A DNA stretch of 62,891 nucleotides, filler included, from Octopus bimaculoides (taxonomy: Eukaryota): NCBI RefSeq assembly GCF_001194135.2. It is 5 parts of 5 records of this genome, joined end to end, with 100 filler letters (N's around TTAATTAATTAA, not from the genome) between each part and the next. Parts side by side here need not be neighbours in the genome. Positions count along the whole stretch, not along the records: positions 1 to 16,271 come from NC_068985.1; positions 16,372 to 37,591 come from NC_069006.1; 3 more parts are not named here. One strand, written 5' to 3'. Positions 11,397-24,400 of the stretch are shown in pieces (the stretch's first letter is position 1; every line of letters starts with the position of its first letter). Under the pieces are notes generated by a model that did no database searches, was not told the DNA's origin, and saw only the letters and a list, made by a program, of their open reading frames with translations. The position numbers and the translations under genes were made by a program.

Positions 11397-13462
11397 GTTT
11401 CTTTATTGGCCACGCAGGGCTAAACACAGAAGGGACAAAATACAAAGTAGAGCTTTTCTTTTTGAGAGGAAAAAAAGGCGGGGTGGTATTTCGATCAAAA
11501 GGGATCGTGGAGAAAAAAAGGGCCGATCAATAAGGATCGTGTATCACAGAAATGTCATAGTGTAAAAAGGGGAAACAGATTAGGTTTATCCGTGGAAAGA
11601 AAAGCCTACTGAAAAGACGACGGTAACCTCGGGTAATAACGTCATGCAAAAAAACGCATTACAGTAAGTGACTCTTTTTTTTTTCCTTTCTTTGTTTGGT
11701 TCATAGGATTATGATCAAGCTGGCTCCGTCATTCACACACGCCATCCTTGCTACATTCACACATCTTTTTTTGAAGCATTCAATGGATAGAATTTCCCTC
11801 TCTACTCTCACCTTCCTCCAAGTGATACTTGAAAAAGTTGATGAGAGATTCACCAGAGAGGAAATTGCTTGTCTCTAGACCTTTTAGACGCATCCACCAT
11901 GCACATTATTTCGCCATAGCCACAAGTACGATGAAAATGGCTCTTCCTTCCCGTTTCAAGGAAGGAGGCGCGACAATATTCACGATAGACTCGGTTGATA
12001 AACCGACTCGTCCTACACGCGATAGCAGTCCTTTGATATAGGCCCACAAGTCGGAAATAGTTGGACACTGTACGAGTGCGTGCAGAACAGTTTCGTCACT
12101 CTGACCATATCTAGGGCAGGTCGACCCCATGTTTCTCGAGCCATGCTTGTAGAGCCTATCCCGAACGGGTAGCGCTTCTCGAAAGCACTGCCAGGCCAGT
12201 GATCTCTGGAAGTTGTCCATAAGTCCCGGCCCGAAAGTTGTCTTGAACAGGCGGATCAGGTTTGTCGACGCCTAGGTTCGCCCCGAGATCGTCGTCGTAC
12301 CTCCCCTCCACTAATCCTCTATAAAATGCGTTAGTTGTGATGCAGACGCTCAAAGTCGACCTGNNNNNNNNNNNNNNNNNNNNNNNNNNNNNNNNNNNNN
12401 NNNNNNNNNNNNNNNNNNNNNNNNNNNNNNNNNNNNNNNNNNNNNNNNNNNNNNNNNNNNNNNNNNNNNNNNNNNNNNNNNNNNNNNNNNNNNNNNNNNN
12501 NNNNNNNNNNNNNNNNNNNNNNNNNNNNNNNNNNNNNNNNNNNNNNNNNNNNNNNNNNNNNNNNNNNNNNNNNNNNNNNNNNNNNNNNNNNNNNNNNNNN
12601 NNNNNNNNNNNNNNNNNNNNNNNNNNNNNNNNNNNNNNNNNNNNNNNNNNNNNNNNNNNNNNNNNNNNNNNNNNNNNNNNNNNNNNNNNNNNNNNNNNNN
12701 NNNNNNNNNNNNNNNNNNNNNNNNNNNNNNNNNNNNNNNNNNNNNNNNNNNNNNNNNNNNNNNNNNNNNNNNNNNNNNNNNNNNNNNNNNNNNNNNNNNN
12801 NNNNNNNNNNNNNNNNNNNNNNNNNNNNNNNNNNNNNNNNNNNNNNNNNNNNNNNNNNNNNNNNNNNNNNNNNNNNNNNNNNNNNNNNNNNNNNNNNNNN
12901 NNNNNNNNNNNNNNNNNNNNNNNNNNNNNNNNNNNNNNNNNNNNNNNNNNNNNNNNNNNNNNNNNNNNNNNNNNNNNNNNNNNNNNNNNNNNNNNNNNNN
13001 NNNNNNNNNNNNNNNNNNNNNNNNNNNNNNNNNNNNNNNNNNNNNNNNNNNNNNNNNNNNNNNNNNNNNNNNNNNNNNNNNNNNNNNNNNNNNNNNNNNN
13101 NNNNNNNNNNGGACCAAACCAGAACCCGAGCAACTCGACCGGACCGTCGGTCCAGCGTCTCACGGTGGAGGCGCTGGTGGACGGCATTGGCTTGCTTCTC
13201 CAGGTGCCGAGCCGCAAGCCCATTGACTTTTCCCGGTTGATTTTCGCTCCTGTTACCGCTTCGTAGTCTTTCAGTGCCTCGCCGACCAGCTCGATGTGCT
13301 TCTAGCAAGACACTATGACGGTGACGTCGTCCGCATATTCAGACATGCTCTCCCGCATCCCAATTCTCGCGGGATGCCCCTCAGCGTCGCCCGCTTCCAC
13401 AGTAGTGGGTCGAGAGTCAATACGCATAGAAGCGACGAGAGGGGGTATCCCTGACGGATCTC
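11397..13462 (-). mobile_element. Tx1/L1-clade LINE, 5'-truncated (RT C-half, zinc-binding domain, 3' UTR); interrupted by an N gap
   Basis: IRQGYPLSSLLCVLTLDPLL, then a frameshift to YADDVTVIV..TGAKINREKS, then AWQCFREALPVRDRL..CPR..ETVLHALVQC. 3' UTR has AATAAA (11402-11407) followed by (TA)n(TATG)n. Confidence 0.9.
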
Positions 13463-13599
13463 ACTTCTGCCCTGTTGTATTTCTCCCCGCTTAACAAAGT
13501 AGTTTGTTCTTTTCTATTTGCTGCTCCATTTTGCGGCATTTTTATTTGTTATATTTTATTAGTTACATTTGTTGGTCTGAGGTGATGAATGGTTGAGTT

Positions 13600-14400
13600 A
13601 ATGAATGGAAATGTGTTTCTCGGGATTCGTGAAGCTCGTGAACAGCTAACTGAAGATTTTATTATCGCACAATAGATCAAACAATAATAATCATTACATT
13701 CTAGGAAAGACATACTTCTTGGAGTTTACAGCAAGCTCACTGCTACATGTGGCTGGTCCGACGTAACAGGAAACGATTGTGCTACAATCGTAGTGATGCA
13801 GATTCTCGTCGTCTGTCTGCCGTCTGTCTGCCGTCTGACTTATCTGTCTTCATGGGTCGTCTGGCAATGGGGTCACATCGCGCAGCTGCCTTAATGTTCT
13901 GCATGACAAGAAGTGAAGTGAGACGTGTGAATGAGTCGGCCGGTCTCAACACATTTCAAAAAGTTCAGATGCCTAAAACGACTTTTTTACAGAGGACAAG
14001 AAGATATCTTGACGCTGATTAGGTATTTAATAGATCGATCACGTGAAACTATTGTATTTCGGTCGTGGTGCACGACATGTTACTTAACGATTCGATTTCG
14101 AACCACCGCTACACACTTTTCAGATTTGGTTCTTGTCAGATCAATTCGAGAAAATGTTTAGGTTTATGTTTCAGCCAAACTGTATCAATAGGTTTTAAAT
14201 TTTATTTTTTAATTCCAGAAACTTTAACTTAATCACTTCCTTCTATCGCTCGGCGTTTGGCGAACCCAGGCAACTTCAAATTTTAAGAATTGTGATGTCT
14301 TGAGTTTTATATGCGCTGCTGTAAATAGCGGTGGTGGCGACAGCGAAGGTGGAATTTTCAAGTGTGTTGAATCGATAATTTCATTTTTCTTTTTTTTCTT
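13600..14400. promoter_or_regulatory. CpG-retaining unique region, candidate promoter/first exon
   Basis: Non-repetitive and CpG-rich relative to its surroundings; possible + strand donor AG|GTATTT after 14022. Confidence 0.3.
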
Positions 14401-14619
14401 TTTTTTTATATTCATTGCTGTTGTTTTCGTGCTCATTATTCTTATTGTTGTCGTTGTTATATAAGCTTACATTTATATACATATATCCCAATGTATATAA
14501 GCGCATATACAAATAAATACGCACATGTACATATGCGTACATGCAGGCCTATATATGTGAATATGTGTGTGTATGCATGCATGTATATATGTATGTATAT
14601 ATGAATACAAATACATAGT

Positions 14620-14948
14620 TTGTTTGTTCCTTCTCGAGTCATGCCTGGCATATAAGGGCCAGTTTCTCGGTTTCAGTGGCGTATAGGTTTCCCACCTGGA
14701 CGGGACGCCAGTCCGTCGCAGGTGAGCTGCTAGATGCAGGAGGAAAGAGTAAGAGAAAGTTGGAGCGAAAGAGTAAGAGAAAGTTGGAGCGAAAGAGTCT
14801 GCGAAAGTTCGCCATTACCTTCTGCAGGTTTCGTGCGGAGCTTGGGTGTTTCTCTCATAAACACACACATCACCCGGTCTGAGATTCGAACTCTCGATCC
14901 CTCGACCGCAAGTCCGCTGCTCTAACCACTAGGCCATGTGCCTCCACT
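14620..14948 (-). mobile_element. tRNA-derived SINE family D
   Basis: Head GTGGAGGCACATGGCCTAGTGGTTAGAGC..GAGTTCGAATCTC followed by a non-tRNA body containing a short internal tandem duplication (GAAAGAGTAAGAGAAAGTTGGAGC x2). Confidence 0.7.
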
Positions 14949-15056
14949 TATATACATATACATATAATTATATATGCATATACATAAATGCATATATACC
15001 TATATACATACATATTTGCTAATATACATATATTCATAATATATATTCATATATTA

Positions 15057-15136
<80 letters not shown>

Positions 15137-15694
15137 CATCCATCAGTGAGGAAGTTAAGTACCTGCTGCTCATCTTCAGGCGCCGAGCGATTCATCTATT
15201 GCATCGCATGCTTGGCGCCGTAACCAATTCTCGAGTGTCCTTCCTGTTGCACTTAAACAGCAATGGAGTTACATCAAAACCAATGTTGAATCTGCGTGAG
15301 TGTACCTACGTATATGCTCAGAAGTATATATATATATATATACGCGTTATGTATATGTATTTATTATTCTTAGAGATGAACATTGTTGACTGTAACTTCG
15401 ACGGTTCAGCCAGTTAAGCCATTGAAGTCACTGTCAATAATATTCCCGTTAAAGAATGATAAATTATTTTACGAAAGTACGAAGTCAGCAGATTAAAGTA
15501 AAACTGATTTTATGAAAGCTGAACATTAAGAAATTTTGAAATAAAGCTAAATTCTGGCATACATATGTACGTACATACATACACATACATACATACATAC
15601 ATACATACATACATACATACATGCATGCATGCATGCATACATACATACATACATACATACATACATACATACATACATACATACATACATACAT

Positions 15695-15742
15695 GCATAT
15701 GCTGAACTATTGAGAAATCTGCAGTTATTCTATACAGATTAA
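15695..15742 (+). mobile_element. Short fragment of the same (CATA)n-associated R4-like family
   Basis: YAELLRNLQLFYTD resembles YGQLLPNFQL.YPD at about 49265. It lies inside the (CATA)n array 15557-15820 and is cut by a 10-N gap. Confidence 0.55.
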
Positions 15743-16271
15743 NNNNNNNNNNACATACATACATACATACATACATACATACATACATACATGCATACAT
15801 ACACACACACATACATACAGAACTACAAACATACATATACACCGAGAAATCAATCAAGCAATAGAGTCGCACATTACCGTTACAATCTGAATGCGGAACA
15901 GTTAAAACAAGCAAGTCTTTCCTCAAGCTCAGAATGCGAATTTCATTCTGTTGCTTGCCTGGAAGAGAACATACTTCTTTAATCTTTTATTTTCTACGGG
16001 TTTCATTCAGAGACTGGAGCCATACTGGAGCAGCGCCTGTCAGTGTTTGTGTTTCTTTTCTCTACTGTTCCTGGTAAAGTAGCAGCGGGTTGGACGGAGC
16101 TGCACCTCTTTCAGCTTCCTGCCACGATGTGAGTTCAGGTACACACGCACGTACACGCCCCCCTCCACATATATATAGACACACACATACAAAGACACAC
16201 ACACATAGATAAACACGCACACATAGACACACACAAACACACACACACAGATACATATACACACACACACA

Positions 16272-16371
16272 NNNNNNNNNNNNNNNNNNNNNNNNNNNNN
16301 NNNNNNNNNNNNNNNTTAATTAATTAANNNNNNNNNNNNNNNNNNNNNNNNNNNNNNNNNNNNNNNNNNNN
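16272..16371. other. Synthetic scaffold join N44-TTAATTAATTAA-N44
   Basis: Exactly 100 bp; the 12-mer has stop codons in all six frames; the identical block occurs four times. Confidence 0.95.
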
Positions 16372-16418
16372 GTGTGTGAATATATATATATGTGTATGTA
16401 TATATGTATGTATATATG

Positions 16419-16449
<31 letters not shown>

Positions 16450-17725
16450 GCATGTATGTGTGTGTGTATATATGTCTGTAGATATGTATGTGCCTATATA
16501 GGCAGACATGGTGCCAGGCAGCTCCCCAGCTGGTTAGCTCCTGTCAAACCGTCCAACCCATGCCAGCATGGAAAATGGACATTAAATGATGATGGTGATG
16601 ATATATATATATATATAATATTTGTGTGTGTGTGTGTAATGAGCTTTCTGCAATCAAGGAGGACGAGGATCTTAGTTCTTGATTTCATTTCTTTTGTCTT
16701 GTTCCATTTTTTTTTACACCAACCTTCATGTTTCTTTCCATGTTTTTTTTCTTATTTTCTTACTGTCCAGCATCCTTGTTTTTCAAAATTATATATAATG
16801 CATAAACAGAACCTGAAAGATTGCTTTTAGGTACATGGCGCATTTCATGAATATGCCTGTTCAAGTATCATAAAAGCATGAAACTATTAGTAGCTCTTTC
16901 GGTTGTGAATTTAATTTGATATATATATATATATGTATGTATGTATGTATGGAGAGTGAGAGTGAGTGAGAGACTCCGATATTCTGATATTGAACTAAAA
17001 TGGCAGATATATGAATGTGCTATTGTTAATCTTTGAATAAACAGGTTTTGGTTTGTTAGGCATAACTTCTTAAAGCCTTGACAATGGTCTCTGGCCCTGC
17101 CTATTAGTGCAGGCAAACATTCAAGAAGAAGGAATATCCTTTCATTGGCTTATCTTACAAAGATTCTATAGGATTGTTTACAAGGTGTACAACATCCTGG
17201 CTATTATATAAGATTGCACACTGTCTCTCTACCTCTGTGTCTGTCTGTCTGCAATGTGTGTTTGTATAACTTGGGATGTGAGTGTGTTTCTGTTTTTAAT
17301 AGGTGCGTTTATGTGTGTTCTTTGAAATTACCGTGTCAGTAGTGTGATTTTTTTTTTTTTTTAACCCTTTAGCCATAGCTAGCCTGAATATTCTATCTGT
17401 TTTTTTTTTGTTCAAACTGGCCAGGTCCGTCCTCTCACACCTACCCTACGTTGGCCTTCTCTAAATAAACAACCATATTATTGAAATCTCAAAGCCATGA
17501 AATAATTCATGATTTATTATTTAAACTTATGTCGATTCCTCCATGGTGTTGTTTTGCATTTATAATAAAATAAGTATATACAAGTTATAAAAATAATTTT
17601 TTTTAAATATACAATACAATACTGTTTCTACTTTACGGATTTTCACCTATCATAGGTGGTCTTGGAACGTAACACCCGCGACAGTCAAGGGATTACTGTA
17701 ATTCAAAACAATGTGAAAAAATAAG

Positions 17726-17770
<45 letters not shown>

Positions 17771-17816
17771 CATACATACATACATATGTGTGTGTAAACA
17801 AACATTAAATGATATG

Positions 17817-17854
<38 letters not shown>

Positions 17855-18929
17855 TATGTGTTTGTGTTATTTGTCCCCTATCACCACTTGACAACCCGTG
17901 TTGGTTTGTTTACATCCCAAATAACTTTGGAGTTTCAGGAGAAGAGACCTATGGAATAAGTACTGGCATCACTTTAATTGAAACAAGTAAATAGGAAAAC
18001 GATAGAAAAATCAAAAAAAGAAAAAAAAAGGCCTTGTTATTGAGAAGGTGGTTGGGACATGAATGGACAAAGTTTTGATGAAAAGTTTTAATTTAGATTA
18101 CTTTGAACAGGAAGTTTGTGTCGTACAACCAGTGACGATCGAGGGTGGGTTGGTCATAAATAGACTGAAGAAAAAAAACAAGAGATAAAAAAATAAACAC
18201 CAATAGAATGGGATTCGAAAGTGATTTAGCTGTTATTTCTAGTAAAACAAGTGACCACGTAGACTCTCTCACTGACTCAAACATGACGTGTAATCTTCCT
18301 GATTTAGTTGTAATTGAATTATTTAACAATATTATTATGTGTGTTGTAGTACTTCCTGTATGACTTGTCCTGCTTGTATGACATCTATCACATTATTGTA
18401 CGAAGAAAATGGTGCGATATAAACAGCCATTCATAGAGAAGTTGATTCATGGCTTTATTGACTTGTGTTCCTTCTTTTTGTATCTATTTCTGGTTATTGG
18501 TCTTTCTCGGGGAGTGTGCGTGTGTGTGGTAGTGAAGTTGATGGTTGCTTGTAATCCAGTCTTTTTATTTATATATCATCATCACCATTTAGCGTCCGTT
18601 ATCCATGCTGGCATGGGTTGGACAGTTTGACCAGAGCTACACCAAACTCCAGTCCAATTTGGCATGGTTTCTGTGACTGGATTCCCTTCCTGGTGCCAAC
18701 CACTTACAGAGTGTGCTGGGTGCTTTTACATGGCACTGCACAGATGCTTTTATGTGGCACCGCACAGGCACTTTTACTTGATACCACATATATGTATAGA
18801 TAGATAGATAGATAGATAGATAGATGACTGATAGAAAATGGAATGAACAACATTCTTTATTTAAAATCACTACAATTGTTTTGACACATTGTCCAACTCA
18901 GAACCATGTAGTTGGGGAGTAAGCTTCTT

Positions 18930-19146
18930 GTTTCTTTATAGCCCACAAGGGGCTGAACATAGAGGGGGCAAAGAGATTAAGTCGATTACATCGACCCCAG
19001 TGCGTAACTGGTACTTAATTTATCGACCCCAAAAGGATGAAAGGCAAAGTCGACCTCAGCGGAATTTGAACTCAGAACGTAAAGACAGATGAAATACCGC
19101 TAAGCATTTCGACCGGCGTGCTAACGTTTCCGCCAGCTCACCACCT
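18930..19146 (-). mobile_element. Family-A SINE (Tx1-like tail) nested in a family-B SINE head
   Basis: Complete head, core and tail; GCTTCTT duplicated at 18923-18929 and 19154-19160. Confidence 0.85.
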
Positions 19147-19629
19147 GTGGTATGCTTCTTACCACACAACCACTCCTGCGCCTATACATATATATATATA
19201 TATATAGAAAGATAGATCAAGTGCAATTGGATGCTTAGCCACATTGGATCATCAGAGAAGCATTTTATTGTATTATGATCATTGTAACATAATACTATAA
19301 AATGCTGTTCCATTGTAGTTAAAGATCCAATTACATTTGGAGCATCAATTGCAGAGTTCCAAACAACCAGAATGTTTAAACATATGTAGGGGGAAAGTGA
19401 TTATAACTTGAGTTTATTGTAATTTACTGAACTAACTCACAGGGTTAACCTGGAGTTATATTCAAGGACATTTTCTCAAGGTGCCGTACAGTGGGACTGA
19501 AATTAAAACCACACAATTTGTGATTGCAACAACAGCTTTTTAATACACAGCCATGCCTGTACTTGTGTATATATATATATATATGTGTGTGTATATATAT
19601 ATATATAGATAGATATATATATAATATAT

Positions 19630-19810
19630 ATGGGAGAATGTACGAAAAAACAACAGACGAGGACAGGTGGTGTAAACAACAAAAGGATGTATTAGTATGA
19701 CGCTCGGGAATAAGGAAAGTCTTCAACGTTTCGAGCTACGCTCTTCAACAGAAAGAATATGGAGAAAACAAGGAGAAAAACACGGAGAAAAAAAATTGAA
19801 TAGTGTTCAG
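19630..19810 (-). mobile_element. Short interspersed element carrying a hammerhead-like motif
   Basis: Homologous to 36345-36510 (+) and 37520-37591 (-, cut by gap). Confidence 0.7.
19720..19756 (-). ncRNA. Hammerhead-like motif with variant core CUGUUGA
   Basis: TCTTT-CTGTTGA-A-GAGC gta GCTC-GAAA-CG-TT-GAAGA. Confidence 0.4.
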
Positions 19811-20546
19811 TCAGCGGTCAATCATAGTATTTTTATATACACACACATTCATACACATGATGATAATGATGATGATGATGATATTGATGGCACTTCCTTT
19901 GTGTCTGAAGATCAAGAGGAAAAGTAGCCACATTGTCAAGCAGCTGTGTAAAATGATTCTTGAACAACAGGCTCTGACATTCCACTTCGTCTGTGTTTAG
20001 TAGTTTTCAAGTGAGAGGGTAAGTCGATGCAATCCAATCCACTCTTTAGATTTGAAGGTTTGACCAGAGGGCCTCAGTTGGAGGCTAAGACAGCTGCACT
20101 GACCATTTACATTGTGGTTGCCTTCCCTGAGGTGGGTCACCTTTACAGCGTTGGAGACCTCCAACTTACTGTGGATTTGCTGGAAGGGGTGTCTAAGAAA
20201 GCATTTTCTTGTGTGTTTTAGAAAAGCTGACTGAAAATCTTTGTGAAGATATGCAGGCAAGAATATATATATGTGTGTATATGTATGTGTGTGTGTGTGT
20301 ATATCTATGTACATGTGTGTATGCATATATACATACACACATACACACGTGAAGGCACATGGCTTAGTGGCTAGGGTATTCGGTTCAGGATCGTAAGAGC
20401 GTGAGTTCAATTCCCAGCGGTCCATTGTGTCCTTGAGCAAGACACTTTATTTCACAGTGCTCCAGTCCACTCAGCTGGCAAAAATGAGCAGTACCTGGAT
20501 TTCGAAGAGCCAGCCTTGTTTAACAAACACAATGAGACACGTGTGT

Positions 20547-20629
<83 letters not shown>

Positions 20630-21531
20630 TATATGAGACAGACTTCCACACGGTTTCTGTCTACCAAATTCACTCACAAGACACTGGTTGGTCTGGGGCT
20701 ATAGTAACAGGCACTTGCCCAAGATGTCATCTTGTGGAGAACCCAGAACCTTGTTGCAAAGCAATCTTCCTAACTACACAACCAGACCAGCACCTACATA
20801 TCTATATGTGTGTGTGCATGAGTAAATACACACACATATTATATATATATATATATATATATATAACTAACTACCTACCTATTTATTGCTGTATTTGTGT
20901 GTTGCTTTTTTTTTTTTTTTTTTTGCCTGTTATAAAAGTTCATTATTAATGCTTTGCATAATTTGTTCCATTCTTTTGAGGAATTATCAGTAATACAACT
21001 AAAAAAACCATTCAACTGTTAAGATATGGTTCTTGTGCTTTACTTGACTGATTTCAGTTGAGGATAGATTTTGTTGTTGTTTTTTGTGTTTCTTGTTTTC
21101 TTTTGTTGTTTTGCTTTTTGTTGTCTTTCAAAAATTGTTTAGAGCTTTCCTAAGATGGACCACTCTGGTTAAGGTACCAAACACCTTCACTTAAGGGGTT
21201 GCTTATGGGTTGCAAGTTCAAAACCTTGTCACAGTCATTTTATTCTGCCCCAGGACAGAAACAGAACATTTAGCATTTGTTTCCCTTTGATTTTATTGTT
21301 GTTATTATTGTTATGGTAAGCAGAAATGTTAGTATAATACAGAACGCTGTGTGTGACTTTTACTTGAGAATGTACCTTAAGCATGTGAAAATATAAAATG
21401 AAGCTGTATAGGCCAACTTACAACCTGTAAGTCCCAGCTGAACACTGGGGTTGATGTATTAGACTGACGTCCCCCCTCTCCAATATTTCAGGCCTTGTGC
21501 CTATTGCCGAAAGGATTGTCATAGTCTAGGT

Positions 21532-21810
21532 CAGTGCTACTCAAAGTGGTGGTCTGCAGATTGGTGCCGGTCTGCGAGCCATCAGCTGCCGTTTCCAGAT
21601 AAGAAAGAAACATTATAAAATTCTTATGTAATATTGTATTATTTGTTTACAAAATAAATACAAGATAAAAAAGATTGTCAACTTTCATTATATTCATTAT
21701 ATATATATTGTTTCTGGTATAAATTAATATTACTAAGAAATATTACCGGTCCCTGGCACTTTGGAAAAAGAACTGCTGGTATGCCACATCAGATAGTTTG
21801 AGAAGCACTG
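21532..21810. mobile_element. hAT-superfamily MITE
   Basis: TIRs CAGTGCTACTCAAA / TTTGAGAAGCACTG. 8-bp flanks GTCTAGGT (21524-21531) and GTCTAGGC (21811-21818) form a near-perfect TSD. Confidence 0.85.
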
Positions 21811-23224
21811 GTCTAGGCTAGAAACTAGCAGAAGCATTATCATGCCAGCATTCCTTCTGGTTTTATGTTCTGACTTCAGATGCCACGAAGGTCAACTTTG
21901 CCTCTCATTCTCGTAGGGTTGATAAAATAAGTACCAGGATCAATGTAAATGACTGGCCCTCTTTCCCCAAATTTTAAGGCCTTGTACCCATAGAATTATT
22001 GTTGTTGCTGTAGTTTTATAAACAACTGGAGATTTAAATACTAGGATATAAATATTTACAGGGTGGTACAGTTGGAGTGTCTTCAACCTGAGGGCTGTTG
22101 GATCATGGCTTCCTGTTGGGGGTAGGGCCAATCTGTCCTCTTCTGTCCTCTTCTGTCATGGTTTAAATTTAGCAAGTATTGCCAGCTTTTAGGTTTGAAC
22201 TTCATATCACAGGGTGGTCATGGTTAGAATGTCTTCAGCCATAGCTGTGTTTGATGAAGGGTTCATTACCTAGGAGATAAAGAAGCAAATCTGTCCACTT
22301 TTGTCACAGTTTAAAATATCACCAAATTTAATTAATGAATTAACGACTATTGTCAGCTTGTAGGTTTGATCTTCATTACTTAATTAATCCTACAGTGCCT
22401 GAATTAACGTTAAGCGGCAGAAGGAAAAACCGGAAAAAAGAAAGAACCAGAAGCGTTATTGGCAATTTGAAATGCGTGACTAAATCAGATGCAGCAACCA
22501 CCAGATATTAGTATTGCTTGCGTGCGATAATGTCGTTCAGTCATAAAGAATCCACAGAGCTTGTCCAATTTTGTCGGTCATTATTTTTGTTTTCCCTCCA
22601 TAAAGAGCATAGCTTTTGAGGTGTCAGAAATTCTTAACGAGAGTCGTTAGAGCATTACGGCACTGATTGAACTCCTAAATAACCGCATAGTTAAATTGCA
22701 ATGAATTATTTTGATTTCCTTTTTTTGTTTGTTTTTTGGTTGTTACTTTCTCCAAATTGTCCAGCGCAGTTGTGTTTTTTTTTTTTTTAAATGGATCTTT
22801 GATGGATTTGACTGGCAAATCATGGTTTTGGGTTCAGTCCCACTGTACAGCACCTGGGACAAATGTTTCCTACTGTAGTTCCAGGACAACCAATGCCTTG
22901 AGTGAATTTGGTAGAAACTGTGTGGAAATTTTTTGTGTGTGTTTGTGCTTGTCCTCTCCACCACTTGATAGCCAATGTTGGTTTGTTGACATCCCCATAA
23001 TTTAGCAGGTTGGTAAAAAAAATAACAAAATGATAGAATAGGTACCAGTGCTTTAGGCTTTCATGCTCAAGGTGACCCTCTTCCCTTTATACGCTTCCTC
23101 CACTCAGATCTTTCCAAAGCTTCTTCTTCCCAATTCTTTACATTGACCTGCAGTTCTTTCAGGTTGCCTTATTGTATAGCTTATAGACACACACACACAC
23201 ACACACATAGACATACATACATAT

Positions 23225-23400
23225 CCTGTGCGGTGCCACATAAAAGCACCCAGCACACTCTGTAAAGTGGTTGGCATCAGGAAGGGCATCCAGTGGTTGA
23301 AACAATGCCAGATCAGACTGGAGTCTGGTGCAGCTTCCCAGCTCTGGTCAACTTGTCCAACCCATGACAGCATGGACAATGGACATTAAATGGTGATAAT
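23225..23400 (+). mobile_element. Retroposon 3' module ending CCAACCCATG..GGACATTAAATG(AT)-type tail
   Basis: GGCATCAGGAAGGGCATCCAG..CCAACCCATG(C/A)CAGCATGG. Related copies at 16497-16600, 18585-18790 (-) and 36262-36315. Confidence 0.7.
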
Positions 23401-24049
23401 GGTACATACATACATGCATGCATGTGTGTATGCATGTATGTATATCAGTGAACATTCACATTCAGTACTTCATGTAGAAAATTGCTAAGCTAGCTCTGTG
23501 CCTTCAAAGACTTGCAGAATACAAAAACAGATTCCCTTACTTGAAAAAAACAGATAAGTGTTTGTGACAGGAAGAGCATCCAGCTGTAAAACAAATGCCT
23601 TGATGATATTATGTATTTGTCTAACCTATGCTAGCATGGAAAAAAAACACAGACGTAAAACAAAAACTGTTGTTCTTACTATGGGTTTGTTACAAATTTG
23701 TTTATTAAACCATTCAACCACAAACTACTTCACATTTAAATACTACTACTACTCTTACAGTTATTCTAGCAGAAATTTCTTTGTCTCAGACATTGCATTC
23801 TTGTGAAGTCAACCAAAAAATTTGCTTGATTTTTTTTTTTTGTTTTGTTTTGTTTTTCTTTTCTTTCCCAAAGAGCTGATTGTGTGGGATGTATGTTTTG
23901 ACTTTCAACTATCATAATAATAACAATAATGACAACTTTGATGGCATGTACTGCTCTTTCCCTCAATAATAATAATAATGATAATAAAAGTAGCAATTAT
24001 ATATATATTCTTTTTTTTTTGCGGTGGTTGTTCTTTAAGAAACAGTTTG

Positions 24050-24400
24050 CCGTTTGTTTCATTTAGGTTACACATGAGGCAGCGTTCGTTTGTGTTTCCA
24101 ATCATTTACACGGTTTAATTAACCGATCAGGCGAGCGAATGAGCATGCACTGCTGCCACCGTGTCGATTGTCTCTTTTTTTTTTTTCTTTCGGGTGGGGG
24201 TGGGGTGTGGTCGATTTTGCACAGTAACAGCGACGGTGCGATCGGCTGTTGCTCATTCGAGCGAATAATTTCATCACCACCACCACTAACGCATGTGCAC
24301 CCTTTCCTCTCCCACCCACCCTGCTTCCTTCTACATCATCGTCATCACCCCCCCTTCGCCCATCCCACCACGCCCTGATTTGTTAGATTATTTATTTATT
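24050..24400. promoter_or_regulatory. CpG-retaining island inside a CpG-depleted block
   Basis: Dense CpGs and a CCAAT near 24096, whereas flanking SINE copies have lost their CpGs. Confidence 0.35.

Noticed and set aside
14880-14948. tRNA-like sequences with A and B boxes (here and in other SINE heads)
   Set aside because: They continue into SINE bodies and lack a closed acceptor stem, so no tRNA gene is called.
16316-16327. TTAATTAATTAA as a recurring biological motif
   Set aside because: Always centred in a 100-bp N block, so it is an assembly spacer.
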